From: a virus
Lineage: Duplodnaviria; Caudoviricetes
Reading direction: 5' to 3' (one strand)
Length of the DNA stretch: 64,000 bases
Virus record (IMG/VR): IMGVR_UViG_650627003_000001
Coordinates: 64,001 to 128,000 of that record
The position numbers were made by a program, and so were the translations under genes. Below are positions 1 to 9,982 of this stretch, one piece after another (position 1 is the first letter of the stretch; each line of letters opens with the position of its first letter). The notes beneath the pieces were generated by a model. It worked only from the letters and a program-made list of their open reading frames with translations, searched no databases and had not been told where the DNA came from.

Positions 1-10
1 ACGGTTCATA

Positions 11-1057
11 TTATTCTCCACTACAAATTTTAAATGCTTTATTCAATACTTCAGTGTCTGCTTCGATCTTTTCTAGATCTTTTTTAAGCAGACAAATGTC
101 ATTATTAGCGGCCACTGCAATTTCACGTTTCTCTTCAATTTTACGTTTGATCTCACTGGCTTTATCGACCATACTCAAGATCTTTGCATTTAGTGCTGAC
201 GCTGCTGCATTTACCGGTGGCGCTTCTGGTATTAACTCAGAAAGATCTACTTCTTGACATAAGTTAGAAGTAAATATTTTAGGCACATCAAGAGCAACAT
301 TTGTTGTATGAACTTCTAATGTTACATAGCACATATTAGAAGGTTCATTTAGATTAGTTGACTCGACAAATGCAACGTTAGGCATATATTGTGTCATTCC
401 TAGTATTGCTTGTTGAAGTTGTCGTGCAACAAGTTTACTATTTTTAGAATCAACATTTGTACGAATTGTGAACCGTACTCGACGAGGGTCTAAACATGTC
501 ACTTCTAAAATTGTTTTGTTGTAGACTATATCGTTAGAATTTCGATTACGAACATAAAAACTGTTGTGATCTATTCTTGACAGCATGCCGTTATAGAAAT
601 TACACATTTTGTCTGAACTTGCCTTTGCACCAAGCTTTAACAATCGACCATTGAACATAAAAAAGAATTGTGCAAAAGCAGCAGAATTTCCAAGATCTTT
701 GCCTAAATAAAAGTTCTGGTCATCAAGTTTAAACTTTTTATTGTTCATACTGTGCGATTCTAAACATGTTAGTCTAAGACGGGTTCGAGATACATGTCGT
801 GCTAAAATAGGCGTACGCTGGATCACGTTATAAAGTCTAAACCAAACACTAGGATGGTAACTAGAAACTTGATTGCGAATCGCAGTATAAATTTCTGTTC
901 GATACTGAGGATCTCCTAAATCATTTGAGAATTCTTCGGAGATCACACGAGTTGAAGCAGAAATCAGACTCTTAGAATCTGCAATCTGAGCCTTAATTGC
1001 AGAGTAAGCATTTGGGAAATACTTTTTAATGTATTCCATTGCATTTAAATTATTCAT
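11..1057 (-). CDS. hypothetical protein (348 aa) with C-terminal coiled coil
   Basis: Long ORF, GAGG RBS, early promoter upstream; no recognised family. Confidence 0.8.
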   Translation of the reverse strand: MNNLNAMEYIKKYFPNAYSAIKAQIADSKSLISASTRVISEEFSNDLGDPQYRTEIYTAIRNQVSSYHPSVWFRLYNVIQRTPILARHVSRTRLRLTCLESHSMNNKKFKLDDQNFYLGKDLGNSAAFAQFFFMFNGRLLKLGAKASSDKMCNFYNGMLSRIDHNSFYVRNRNSNDIVYNKTILEVTCLDPRRVRFTIRTNVDSKNSKLVARQLQQAILGMTQYMPNVAFVESTNLNEPSNMCYVTLEVHTTNVALDVPKIFTSNLCQEVDLSELIPEAPPVNAAASALNAKILSMVDKASEIKRKIEEKREIAVAANNDICLLKKDLEKIEADTEVLNKAFKICSGE

Positions 1058-1109
1058 TTCAACCTCGTCTATCTTTAATTTGAACCAGTTCTAAAATCTG
1101 GATTCCTCT

Positions 1110-1156
1110 TGTGTACGAGTTTATTATATTACACCAAACTCGTACACATTGTAAAC
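1110..1156 (-). promoter_or_regulatory. T4-type early promoter whose -10 lies in the loop of a 13-bp inverted repeat
   Basis: Minus strand GTTTAC (1156-1151) ... TAATAT (1131-1126); arms 1110-1122 and 1136-1148. Confidence 0.75.
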
Positions 1157-1159
1157 AGT

Positions 1160-1933
1160 TTATTTCAAAATACTGTGAATTTGATTGAATATGTTTTGGA
1201 TTACTACAGCGTCACTGTCTTTAAACTTAATGTTATCTAAATTAGTGACATTCAATAAAGAACTAAGATCGTCAAGGCATTTCTTAGCCTTATCAGCTTG
1301 CTCATTAGAATAGAGCTGACGACGTTCTTGGGCCTTTAGGTTACCAATAGTGTTCGACAAGATATTCTTATTGAAGTGGTATAAGTTAGTATAAATGAGA
1401 TTTTTCTCTTTATCGTAATACGAATTGGTAATTGCATTACCAAACAGAGTTTGACCATCTAATGTAAAGTACACATTACCAATATTGTTAATGATTTCTA
1501 CCTTTTCAAGGCCTTTAGGAATCTCTAAAGCAAACATATATGAATGATGATCGAGAGTTTGAGTAACCAAGAATTGATTGGCAAATTGCTTGACTTGTTC
1601 TGATATAACTTCGTTAAGCGCATAGTCTTTTTCTTCTTGCACAACACCAGAAATACCATCAATTACTGTTGTAGTTGTTTTTACAACTTTCACAGTTTTG
1701 ATTTTATACCCAAGATTTGGGATTTGTACAAGTATTAAACGATTATTACTAGACTGATTGCCATACTTAATAATACGTCCGCCTTTATTAACAATGACTT
1801 GCCAATAAGAAATACCGTTACCAGTTTCATCGTGATGAATGATAAAGAATGTATCTAAATCATTCAATTTAACTTTACCATGCTTTTCTGCATAAGCTCC
1901 TAGAGCTAAAGACAACTTATTCCCGTTGATCAT
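1160..1933 (-). CDS. hypothetical protein (start likely MINGNK at 1933)
   Basis: ORF 1160..1978; GAGGAG RBS precedes the ATG at 1933; the longer 5' part overlaps a promoter. Confidence 0.75.
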   Translation of the reverse strand: MINGNKLSLALGAYAEKHGKVKLNDLDTFFIIHHDETGNGISYWQVIVNKGGRIIKYGNQSSNNRLILVQIPNLGYKIKTVKVVKTTTTVIDGISGVVQEEKDYALNEVISEQVKQFANQFLVTQTLDHHSYMFALEIPKGLEKVEIINNIGNVYFTLDGQTLFGNAITNSYYDKEKNLIYTNLYHFNKNILSNTIGNLKAQERRQLYSNEQADKAKKCLDDLSSLLNVTNLDNIKFKDSDAVVIQNIFNQIHSILK

Positions 1934-1964
1934 AACGATCTCCTCAAGTATTGGACATGAATGT

Positions 1965-1994
1965 ATTGTACCACACAAAATTATTAGAGTAAAC
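1965..1994 (-). promoter_or_regulatory. T4-type early promoter
   Basis: Minus strand GTTTAC-TCTAATAATTTTGTGTGG-TACAAT. Confidence 0.75.
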
Positions 1995-2418
1995 TACATT
2001 GATACATTTTAGAAACTGTATGATCATCCTTTGTTCTGACGAATTCTGCGTATACTTTAACAGGCCCTCTAAATTTATGATCTAAGCCAGGAATTTTACC
2101 TTCTGCGTTGGAGCCATTAGCAAAGTCTAAAACAAACACAACATCTTTTCCAAATGCATTGTCATAAACAGTTGTAGCAATTACATTAGCTTCGACTTCA
2201 AGGAAGCCCTCAGGAGCGTCCCCTCTTAACGTTTCAGCAATCTTGTATAATCTATCAGCATATTGGTCTAAAGCCATCTGTTGGGCCGGAGACAACGCAC
2301 CAGGTGGTATTTCTAGACTGGCTTTTATTGATAATCGCCCGGCTATCTTAAACGGCGCACCAAGATGCTTTATTTTTACAACTTGACTTGACCAGCTTAA
2401 TGGAATAATTCTAATCAT
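1984..2418 (-). CDS. hypothetical protein (144 aa)
   Basis: ORF with GAGG RBS. Confidence 0.75.
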   Translation of the reverse strand: MIRIIPLSWSSQVVKIKHLGAPFKIAGRLSIKASLEIPPGALSPAQQMALDQYADRLYKIAETLRGDAPEGFLEVEANVIATTVYDNAFGKDVVFVLDFANGSNAEGKIPGLDHKFRGPVKVYAEFVRTKDDHTVSKMYQCSLL

Positions 2419-2427
2419 ATAAACCTC

Positions 2428-2448
2428 AAAAAGGGCCTTACGGCCCTT
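2428..2448 (-). terminator. intrinsic terminator
   Basis: AAGGGCC-GTAA-GGCCCTT followed by T-run on the minus strand. Confidence 0.75.
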
Positions 2449-2450
2449 GA

Positions 2451-2885
2451 CTAAAACAACACTTCTTTAAATGCTATTGGTTGGATGTGGATTGACTCAA
2501 TTGTGTGTACGCCATAATCCCCATATGGAAGATATTCTGAAATTGCTTCACGAGCCTTTTCAATTGCGTCTTCTTTTTGATGATCATGAAGACCTTCATA
2601 CTGTGCACCAAATAAAGCAAAAAGAGTGCGCTCTGAAGTTTTTTCAGCATCGCCGTCGTCACAATATTCATTAGACCAGTTATGTTGACTTGGACTGTCT
2701 AAATGTAAAGCTTTTAATGCACTAACAAGTCCATCTAAAAATTCGCGCATAGTAAGACTTGGTGAACCACTAAAAAATTCGTTTAATTCAAATTGAACTT
2801 GACCATCAACGAATCCAGTGGTTTGTGTAATATAATCCGCGTCGTTAGTGTCAGCTTTAATTACTAGTTCATGAGTATCTTTCAT
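2451..2885 (-). CDS. acidic hypothetical protein (144 aa)
   Basis: ORF with GGAG RBS, packed in operon. Confidence 0.75.
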   Translation of the reverse strand: MKDTHELVIKADTNDADYITQTTGFVDGQVQFELNEFFSGSPSLTMREFLDGLVSALKALHLDSPSQHNWSNEYCDDGDAEKTSERTLFALFGAQYEGLHDHQKEDAIEKAREAISEYLPYGDYGVHTIESIHIQPIAFKEVLF

Positions 2886-2894
2886 TTTAATCTC

Positions 2895-3122
2895 CTAGTT
2901 AATAATTACAATTGCTGATAATTCGTCGGCTTCGTATTCATCGAGATCTTCTTCGGAATATCGCTCTCCATCAGAATCAATATATGACTTAGATGGTGTA
3001 AACACAACCGGATTACAATTGTTGCCTTCATCATCAGAACAAGCGTATACTTCAAGTTCGCCAGCACCAGGATTTTCTTTAATAAACTCTTTCAAGTTTT
3101 CAATATATTCATTAAGTGTCAT
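2895..3122 (-). CDS. very acidic small hypothetical protein (75 aa)
   Basis: ORF with GAGG RBS; 20 D/E versus 4 K/R. Confidence 0.75.
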   Translation of the reverse strand: MTLNEYIENLKEFIKENPGAGELEVYACSDDEGNNCNPVVFTPSKSYIDSDGERYSEEDLDEYEADELSAIVIIN

Positions 3123-3123
3123 T

Positions 3124-3741
3124 TTAACCTCGACAATCTAAAGTGTTTGCTAATTTATAAATTGACTCATGACATGCTTTCTGTTCGCGAACATGAGCAT
3201 CTACAACTTCAAAATATTCTTTTTCGCGATCTAACACAGCCTGTGCATGTTCTTTGGTTTTGAACACGCCAACTACATCAGAAATTGGATAAATCATTTT
3301 TGTCCCGTCGTCTAATTTAACATGAACATCTGTATCTCGGAACGGACTAATGCCAATACATTCAAAAATATATGAATTGATAAATTCATAATTCTTTACC
3401 AATACAAATCGCCCAGGAACAAAGCCTTTGTGGAAAACTTCTAAATAAAATTCATGTGCAGCCGGAATACTAGCTCGTCCACCAGAAGTTTTACACACAT
3501 GAGCGATCCAATCATTAAGTTCGAACTCTTTTGAAATATCGATGCCTTGTTCTTCGACATACTCTTTAAAGTGATCTTTGCCAAAGTTCCAAGTTTGAGT
3601 CCCGAACTTACCATTAGCATAAGCAATTTGTTCGGCCTGAGATAAATGTCCTACGTCGCTTAATACTTTTTCAAATACAAATCGACTGATCATTCCCCAT
3701 TTGTACATTTCCTCTAGGTCTTTAGGCTCTGAACGAAACAT
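3124..3741 (-). CDS. hypothetical protein (205 aa)
   Basis: TAATG-coupled ORF with GAGGAG RBS. Confidence 0.75.
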   Translation of the reverse strand: MFRSEPKDLEEMYKWGMISRFVFEKVLSDVGHLSQAEQIAYANGKFGTQTWNFGKDHFKEYVEEQGIDISKEFELNDWIAHVCKTSGGRASIPAAHEFYLEVFHKGFVPGRFVLVKNYEFINSYIFECIGISPFRDTDVHVKLDDGTKMIYPISDVVGVFKTKEHAQAVLDREKEYFEVVDAHVREQKACHESIYKLANTLDCRG

Positions 3742-4721
3742 TATTTGTTCTCCTCAATGAGTTGACTGACGTAAGCAACGTTGTTTTCAGAAAAAAGACT
3801 TTGTATCTTTAACTGATGATTTAGCTGTAGTATACCACTGTATTCTGAAGATGTAAACGAGTTTATTAAATGTTTTAGTTCTTCATGACTTTTGAATGTT
3901 TTAAATTCGTCAAGCCCAAGCACAGAGAGGCATTTATTTAGTTCAGTTAAATGATCGTAGACGCCGTCTAGGGTCGTTTTGATCTCAAGCTGTAGTTTCT
4001 TAACTTGTTCTTCAAAGTATGCATCTATACGTTCCTGAGACAATTCCTTCGCTACTTTAATTTCGTTTGGTCCAGCCATAAAGAAATCAACGAGTTCTTC
4101 AATAGAGACAAGTTCTAATACAGGCCATGCATCAAATGAATCGATAGAAATCCGTCTAAACGAATCAATATAAAAGTCTCTATTTGACAACCACATTCGA
4201 TCCATTGTGTCCCACGCAGAGTGTTCTAAGCCTACACGATAATTAATTTCTTTACCTATTAAATCAGTATCGGTATAAAAGAATTCGGTGTCGTTATAGT
4301 TTACTTTACTTACGCCAGCGATTTGAATCTTTTTAAGATCATCAAAAAGTCGATACATACTTTCTTTAAAGTATTCAAATCCAATATAGCTTAATATGTC
4401 AACTTTGGTATAAGATGAAGCATTTTTAAATACTTCGATCCACTCTTCTCGAGTCAAGACACGTGCATTTTTAAAATCCACACCATGAGCTTTTTTTCCT
4501 TCACTTAAACTATGGAAGTCTTTTTTGTATAGACGCTCTATAGAATTCTCATAACGAGACACATAAAAATGTCCGTCACATTCAAATAAGCGTGCATAAG
4601 GATTTAAACCATTGTTATACGGATTTTTAACAAATGTAATTGGCTCTTGTTTAAGTTCTTCAATCACAGATGTTTCAATCTTTTTAGATTTTGATTTGAA
4701 CAAATTTTTAAACCAATTCAT
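3741..4721 (-). CDS. hypothetical protein (start likely MNWFK at 4721)
   Basis: TAATG overlap with the upstream stop; AGGAG RBS. Confidence 0.75.
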   Translation of the reverse strand: MNWFKNLFKSKSKKIETSVIEELKQEPITFVKNPYNNGLNPYARLFECDGHFYVSRYENSIERLYKKDFHSLSEGKKAHGVDFKNARVLTREEWIEVFKNASSYTKVDILSYIGFEYFKESMYRLFDDLKKIQIAGVSKVNYNDTEFFYTDTDLIGKEINYRVGLEHSAWDTMDRMWLSNRDFYIDSFRRISIDSFDAWPVLELVSIEELVDFFMAGPNEIKVAKELSQERIDAYFEEQVKKLQLEIKTTLDGVYDHLTELNKCLSVLGLDEFKTFKSHEELKHLINSFTSSEYSGILQLNHQLKIQSLFSENNVAYVSQLIEENK

Positions 4722-5536
4722 TATTTTTGCTCCTTTGCTTGACGGATTTTTTCCAACATGCAACCACCAATAAGTTCTAGAATCTTCGTGTCTAAAACCG
4801 GTCTAGGCATAATACGAACAAAGATTTCGTGGCGTTTAGGATCGATATTTAACTCTTTGCATGCCTCTACAAATTTAATGTATCGATTGCCTAATTCAGG
4901 TTGAAGTACATTATTTGGATTTGTATATTGATGACAAGAACCTGTTGCACGGCCTGCATCCGACTTTGAACTAGATCGATCGTATTTGTGTAAATGACGA
5001 TTAGGATATTCTTCATCAATTGTAAAGATGGTTTCATATCCAACATTGCCCATTGATCGTCCTTCAATTCGAGCTAGTTTACCACTTTGAAGTTCAATGA
5101 TTTGTCCAATTTTGTATGTAAATGGACTTTCATAAGTATCTGGGCTTTGGCCTTTAGTTGCGCCATACAAAAGCCATTCAAGTTGGATATAACTTTCTGG
5201 GCTGAGTTTACCGATCCCAAAATGAACATGGTTCTGGAATTTATATTTCTCTGCAAAGAACTTTGCTTCTTTGATTGCATCACCAACTAGAAGTGAAGCA
5301 TACAGCTTTGAGATGCGAGAGAAAATAAAATCAATAGAGGTCGCACTATACGGAAAGCTGACATCGTAAGAATCTAGATCATCAAGCTCTACAGTAGGTC
5401 CGTAGTAATCGCCGATAGATCGAGCTTCTAAGCCGGTTGCTCCATTTACCATAATAATGTGTTTAGTTTCCCAAGCACCACGAGCTGATTTGTGCAATAA
5501 GTTGTATTCAGTGTTTTCTAAAAGTTCCATAGTCAT
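4721..5536 (-). CDS. hypothetical protein (271 aa)
   Basis: Long ORF, ATGA overlap with the upstream gene. Confidence 0.75.
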   Translation of the reverse strand: MTMELLENTEYNLLHKSARGAWETKHIIMVNGATGLEARSIGDYYGPTVELDDLDSYDVSFPYSATSIDFIFSRISKLYASLLVGDAIKEAKFFAEKYKFQNHVHFGIGKLSPESYIQLEWLLYGATKGQSPDTYESPFTYKIGQIIELQSGKLARIEGRSMGNVGYETIFTIDEEYPNRHLHKYDRSSSKSDAGRATGSCHQYTNPNNVLQPELGNRYIKFVEACKELNIDPKRHEIFVRIMPRPVLDTKILELIGGCMLEKIRQAKEQK

Positions 5537-5775
5537 TTACTCACGTCGATAGTTAAAAAGTCATAAAAATCTGCTTGGACAACATGTTCGCCTTGGAGTT
5601 CTTGCATTAAGAACTCTTTGATTTCTTCATGTATAGTACCATCATTAACTGCACTTGTAAACCGTTCTTTTAAATTTTCTTTGGTCTCACCCCAATTAGA
5701 TACTTGTTCGATAGAAACTTTGAGCTTAAAGTCAATTTCTAGAACTTCTTTAGGGACAATTCGTGTTAAGCTCAT
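5533..5775 (-). CDS. hypothetical protein (80 aa)
   Basis: ATGA-coupled ORF. Confidence 0.7.
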   Translation of the reverse strand: MSLTRIVPKEVLEIDFKLKVSIEQVSNWGETKENLKERFTSAVNDGTIHEEIKEFLMQELQGEHVVQADFYDFLTIDVSK

Positions 5776-6089
5776 TTCTTACCTCTGAATAGATACATCC
5801 CGAGTTCGTTCTGAATTTTCATACGTTCTTTTAGGCTTTGTTCATAACCACAAGCCATACCATGGCGAATCTTCTTTGGTAAATCAATATTCAAGAAGTA
5901 ATCAAACATTGCGTATCCAGTGTACAGTTTACGGATTGTAAATGTAAATGAAATGATTCTCTGCTTCATTGCAGAATCGTCATGCCAAGTATAAAAACAT
6001 TGATACGTCGCACCAAGTTTAAACTCATTGACATATTCAGTCGAATCACAATCTTTGACACATGTATAAGTAGCGTTGGCATAATTCAT
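5772..6089 (-). CDS. hypothetical protein (105 aa)
   Basis: ATGA-coupled ORF. Confidence 0.7.
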   Translation of the reverse strand: MNYANATYTCVKDCDSTEYVNEFKLGATYQCFYTWHDDSAMKQRIISFTFTIRKLYTGYAMFDYFLNIDLPKKIRHGMACGYEQSLKERMKIQNELGMYLFRGKK

Positions 6090-6355
6090 TTTACGATCTC
6101 ATAAAAGTTGTCTTGTTCTTTTGTGAAGAAACACCAGATTCGCAATAACTCAGGTATCTCGTTGATATTGAAAACTTGCTCATGTTCAGATTTAATGATG
6201 GTCGGCCCAACACACTCTGAACCTTCATACAAATGTTCTAGGTCAATAACTGTATAAGTTGATAAAACATGTAGGCCTTTTATGTCCTTAGCGCCATGAT
6301 GATCATATGTGTCGAACCACTCGGGTTTAAATTTAAACTTAGTACCAATTTTCAT
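6086..6355 (-). CDS. hypothetical protein (89 aa)
   Basis: Packed ORF in operon. Confidence 0.7.
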   Translation of the reverse strand: MKIGTKFKFKPEWFDTYDHHGAKDIKGLHVLSTYTVIDLEHLYEGSECVGPTIIKSEHEQVFNINEIPELLRIWCFFTKEQDNFYEIVK

Positions 6356-6356
6356 T

Positions 6357-7226
6357 TTACTTCTCTAATGCACCGTGATCTTTACCGCAAATATTACAAA
6401 TTTCTTCATAGTCCCAATACTTACTGGCGTCTTGCTTGTTCATAACACAACCGTTTTGATAAATGTAATTGCCCATCTTCCATTCCCAATTGCTAATCAT
6501 ATCATACCCAATTGGATTTTCTAAAGCATTGATATAATCTTTGGCGACATTTCTAAACGTGTGTGAATGTTTGTATTCATCGCACCCTTTGATCATATCA
6601 ACAAGATCGTTTGCCATGCAACCGCCATTGCGAACATGTTTAGCAATCATACGTTCAATTTTGTTTACACCATTTCTAAAGCCTTTATTGTTACTAAAGT
6701 CGTGGATCGGGTCATACCAAGCAAAATTGTGAGCAACGTCAGGGTGTGCGAATTTTGGCTTAAATCGTTTATATGTGTTATCGCCAGTATTAAATTCTTT
6801 AAGCTTACTACGATTGATTCTAGACACATCTACGTTATCGTATACACCAAGATCATAATCAAAGTAATGTTCATCCCAATCATACTCATCAAAAAGCCCA
6901 GGGTGATTGTCACTTGTACACCAATCGTAATTTGTCTCAACCCAATCAGCATTAAAGATTGCGTAGTCTATTGTGTACCGGTATTCAACCTCTTCAAATT
7001 TGAAATACGAGCCAAGACCACTAACATTTCGAATCATGTGCTTTTCAATTCGTAGTTTATTCTGTTCTGCGAACTTGATGATTTTATCGTAGTCCATACC
7101 AACAGCATCTGCACATTTATCGTTCAAAACATTGCATAGCAATTGTGCTTCATTTCGTTCAGAAAGAACAACAACTAAGTCTTTATGGTTCTCGTAATCA
7201 TTCTGATAAACAACAAACTTTTTCAT
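6357..7226 (-). CDS. hypothetical protein (289 aa), C-terminal CxxC
   Basis: Long ORF with AAGGA RBS. Confidence 0.75.
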   Translation of the reverse strand: MKKFVVYQNDYENHKDLVVVLSERNEAQLLCNVLNDKCADAVGMDYDKIIKFAEQNKLRIEKHMIRNVSGLGSYFKFEEVEYRYTIDYAIFNADWVETNYDWCTSDNHPGLFDEYDWDEHYFDYDLGVYDNVDVSRINRSKLKEFNTGDNTYKRFKPKFAHPDVAHNFAWYDPIHDFSNNKGFRNGVNKIERMIAKHVRNGGCMANDLVDMIKGCDEYKHSHTFRNVAKDYINALENPIGYDMISNWEWKMGNYIYQNGCVMNKQDASKYWDYEEICNICGKDHGALEK

Positions 7227-7237
7227 ATTTTATCCTT

Positions 7238-7261
7238 AAAAGTGGACCTCTTTCGAGGTCC
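7238..7261 (-). terminator. probable intrinsic terminator
   Basis: GGACCTC-GAAA-GAGGTCC-ACTTTT. Confidence 0.65.
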
Positions 7262-7268
7262 TTATTGA

Positions 7269-8276
7269 TTAACGTAATTGAGTAACTTCAGCGATTGCTT
7301 TCCAGTTTTGAGAATCAGTTTTTACAAAGCTTGCTAAGTAAAGAGCTGTACGAAGAGATACATTGCGAAGACGTTTAACATTTTCTTTCATCCAATCTAA
7401 CACTTCGATTGTTTGAGCATTTGATAAACCAGCTTTAGACATCATATCAGTTTTAGTGATTACATCTTCAACACGAATCATGATTTCATCATTTGTGTGA
7501 ACACCAAGGTCAAGGTAAACAGAGCGAGATACTAAAGCTTGTAAGTGTGGAGCAAGTTTAGAACCACGATCTAATTCACGATCGATGTCAACGTTAGTAA
7601 TGAAAACAATAGTACCTTCAAATTCGAATTCGTTTGGAATTTCTTTTTCTTCAAGGAAAGAAGAAGCAGTAGACCAACATACTTTACGAGTTTCGCCTGT
7701 ATCAAGAGCAGCTTTAAGTAAGTTTAAGATGTCCATATCAGAGAAAACATCTACATCATCAAGAACTAATACATCGTTTGATTCTTTAGCTTCCCAAAGG
7801 CGACAGTATAAGCCAATACCTGAGATTTTACCGTTAACGATGTTGTAGTTGATTGTTCCTTTATCAGAAGCAGTTTGTAAAGCTTTATCTAAAGAATAAG
7901 TTTTACCGATACCTGCAGCACCAGAGATGATCAATGAACGGATAGCACCAGAAATAATACCCGAAGTCATCATATCCATTACTGAGAAGCGTTTGTTGAT
8001 TCGTGTACGCATTTCTTCAGCTGTTTCTTGAACTACTGGAACTACAGCCGGAGCAGCGTGAGAAACTGTATTAGCCAATTGACCTTCGATTGTGTAATCA
8101 CCGTGGAATACCCATACACCAGTTGCTTTACCGTTTAACATAACGAAAACTTTACCATCACCAAGATGTGTTTCGTGAGCCGGAACTTGAGCTGGGAACC
8201 ATGTGTTAGCTAATTCAAAAGTACCTGTGAAGCTGTTACCGCGTAATAAACCTTTAGTAATTGTAACTGTAGCCAT
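7269..8276 (-). CDS. nrdC.10: AAA+-type ATPase, T4 NrdC.10 homologue
   Basis: Walker A GAAGIGKT, Walker B VLVLDDVD; N-terminus resembles T4 NrdC.10; synteny with nrdC.11. Confidence 0.8.
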   Translation of the reverse strand: MATVTITKGLLRGNSFTGTFELANTWFPAQVPAHETHLGDGKVFVMLNGKATGVWVFHGDYTIEGQLANTVSHAAPAVVPVVQETAEEMRTRINKRFSVMDMMTSGIISGAIRSLIISGAAGIGKTYSLDKALQTASDKGTINYNIVNGKISGIGLYCRLWEAKESNDVLVLDDVDVFSDMDILNLLKAALDTGETRKVCWSTASSFLEEKEIPNEFEFEGTIVFITNVDIDRELDRGSKLAPHLQALVSRSVYLDLGVHTNDEIMIRVEDVITKTDMMSKAGLSNAQTIEVLDWMKENVKRLRNVSLRTALYLASFVKTDSQNWKAIAEVTQLR

Positions 8277-8301
8277 GATATATTCCTCAAGTTATTTGTT
8301 A

Positions 8302-8365
8302 ATGCGTTATTGCATTTGATAAAGCTATAATACTAAAAAAGGAGTGTCTTGTAAACACTCCTTTT
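8302..8365 (-). promoter_or_regulatory. early promoter with stem-loop and conserved leader (PeSL-like cassette)
   Basis: GTTTAC (8356-8351)...TATTAT; -35 inside hairpin AAAAGGAGTGT/ACACTCCTTTT; 28 nt identical to 53591-53618. Confidence 0.8.
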
Positions 8366-8385
8366 GAAAATAATTGAGACTTTTT

Positions 8386-8652
8386 TTACATATTAATCCC
8401 TACAGAGAACAGAAAGACTAATAAAATTAATACAATCAACAATGTAGATGGCGGAATAACAAAACATGGCTTTTTACCATAATCAGAATGATATAAGAAT
8501 GTTTTGCCATCTAATGTTTCAATTGGAAACGAGTTAGATTTAGTTTTTAGCCAATACGTTGTTTTAGATCCGGCTTTACGGACAGTTTCTACACGCGCAA
8601 CTTGAAATTGATCAGTAAAAACAATTAGCTTATCATGTTGACAGAAGTTCAT
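8386..8652 (-). CDS. hypothetical protein with C-terminal transmembrane helix
   Basis: Hydrophobic C-terminus; ATGA-coupled. Confidence 0.65.
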   Translation of the reverse strand: MNFCQHDKLIVFTDQFQVARVETVRKAGSKTTYWLKTKSNSFPIETLDGKTFLYHSDYGKKPCFVIPPSTLLIVLILLVFLFSVGINM

Positions 8653-8885
8653 GATTGCACCTGTAAATCTAATGGGTGTAAGCGAAGCAGAAGATCACGC
8701 AAAATAACTTGCTCATCAGGGTTCATTGTCACACCACCACTTGGGAAGATTTCATCAAATACGTTTAGACACAAGTCTTCACCTACGAGTTTGATGAAAA
8801 GTGGAGATTCGCCTTCACGTTCTGTTGGAATGATTTGTCCGTCAGTTTTCAATTGTTCCATAGAAATATTCATATTAACCACCAT
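8649..8885 (-). CDS. hypothetical protein (78 aa)
   Basis: Packed ORF; start uncertain. Confidence 0.6.
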   Translation of the reverse strand: MVVNMNISMEQLKTDGQIIPTEREGESPLFIKLVGEDLCLNVFDEIFPSGGVTMNPDEQVILRDLLLRLHPLDLQVQS

Positions 8886-9906
8886 TAACTACTTTTGTGT
8901 ATTGATTGAGTAAAAGATTGTCCCAAAGTTCGCGAGAAACTTTACTAGGCATTCCATTTTCAGAAGCTGTCTTAGAAAGTATTTCTACTTGGTTAACTAA
9001 GTCTTCTAAGTATTCTTGTACAACGTTAAAAGGCTCAAGACCTTGTTTAACCGATAGCAAGAAAGGTGCATCAAACAAAGGATATTTTAAATCACCAGTT
9101 CGATATATTTCTACTAATTGGATTCCACCACGACAAGCATGATGCATAGCTTTCCAATCAATATTTTCATTACGTTCTGCTTGACGAGCACGTTCACCGT
9201 ATTCTTCCCAAACTTGAGCAAGTTTTACTTTAAGTTCAGAAATTTTCATAGTGTCTTGGTACTTTCGACCTAACACTTCGTAGAATACATTACCAGTTTT
9301 ACCACAAGCTGTCCAAGTTGTAAACTCGTTTAGTGGAAATTTATCAGCAACATCACGAACTTTTACATCACGTCGGCAACTGATATGTTTTGCTTCATGA
9401 AAGTTGAGATCGCCTAGAGCTACATGTGGAGAAACATAATATGTATCTTCTAATGTATCTACAAAATCTTTCACTTCACGAAGAGCAGCAAGTCGTCCAC
9501 CTTTAACACCGTATTTAGAAGCTTGTTTACGAACATAGCCAAGATACGCTTTCATGTCTGTTGTATAGAACTTTGAACGATTGGCATGAATAAACTTCCA
9601 AATCCATCCATACGTAGGATCAAGCTCGACAACTTCTAAAGGAGCATGCAGCATGTCGATTGCAATAGTTTCACCTTTAAACGCCATTTCTAAAAAGTAC
9701 TGAAGAGAGAAATATTCTTCGTCTGTATCTTCAGATGTGTTTTTAGTACGATCGTTATTAGTATTCATTTGGATAGACTTAGGCACTTTACCTAAAAGAA
9801 TATCATTGGCTTCAGGAAGAAAGATACCTTTAAAATCGGTATCCGATTCTGGTGTTGCTGTACCATACAATTTAGAACCAAATGGTGTTCGCATAATAAC
9901 TTTCAT
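8875..9906 (-). CDS. nrdC.11: Pol-beta-superfamily nucleotidyltransferase, T4 NrdC.11 homologue (RlaP-like)
   Basis: Motif FGSKLYGTATPESDTDFKGIF and IDWKAMHHA. Confidence 0.85.
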   Translation of the reverse strand: MKVIMRTPFGSKLYGTATPESDTDFKGIFLPEANDILLGKVPKSIQMNTNNDRTKNTSEDTDEEYFSLQYFLEMAFKGETIAIDMLHAPLEVVELDPTYGWIWKFIHANRSKFYTTDMKAYLGYVRKQASKYGVKGGRLAALREVKDFVDTLEDTYYVSPHVALGDLNFHEAKHISCRRDVKVRDVADKFPLNEFTTWTACGKTGNVFYEVLGRKYQDTMKISELKVKLAQVWEEYGERARQAERNENIDWKAMHHACRGGIQLVEIYRTGDLKYPLFDAPFLLSVKQGLEPFNVVQEYLEDLVNQVEILSKTASENGMPSKVSRELWDNLLLNQYTKVVNGG

Positions 9907-9933
9907 AATGTGTTCCTCGTTTTGATAGTGCTA

Positions 9934-9962
9934 ATATACACCAACTAAAAATTAAAGTAAAC
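9934..9962 (-). promoter_or_regulatory. T4-type early promoter
   Basis: GTTTAC-TTTAATTTTTAGTTGGTG-TATATT. Confidence 0.7.
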
Positions 9963-9982
9963 ACTTTTTTGAAAATAAAAAC

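Noticed and set aside
6541-7055. Plus-strand ORFs of 63 and 162 aa, and similar antisense ORFs across the window
   Set aside because: They are shadow frames of well-supported opposite-strand genes, with no RBS or recognisable motifs
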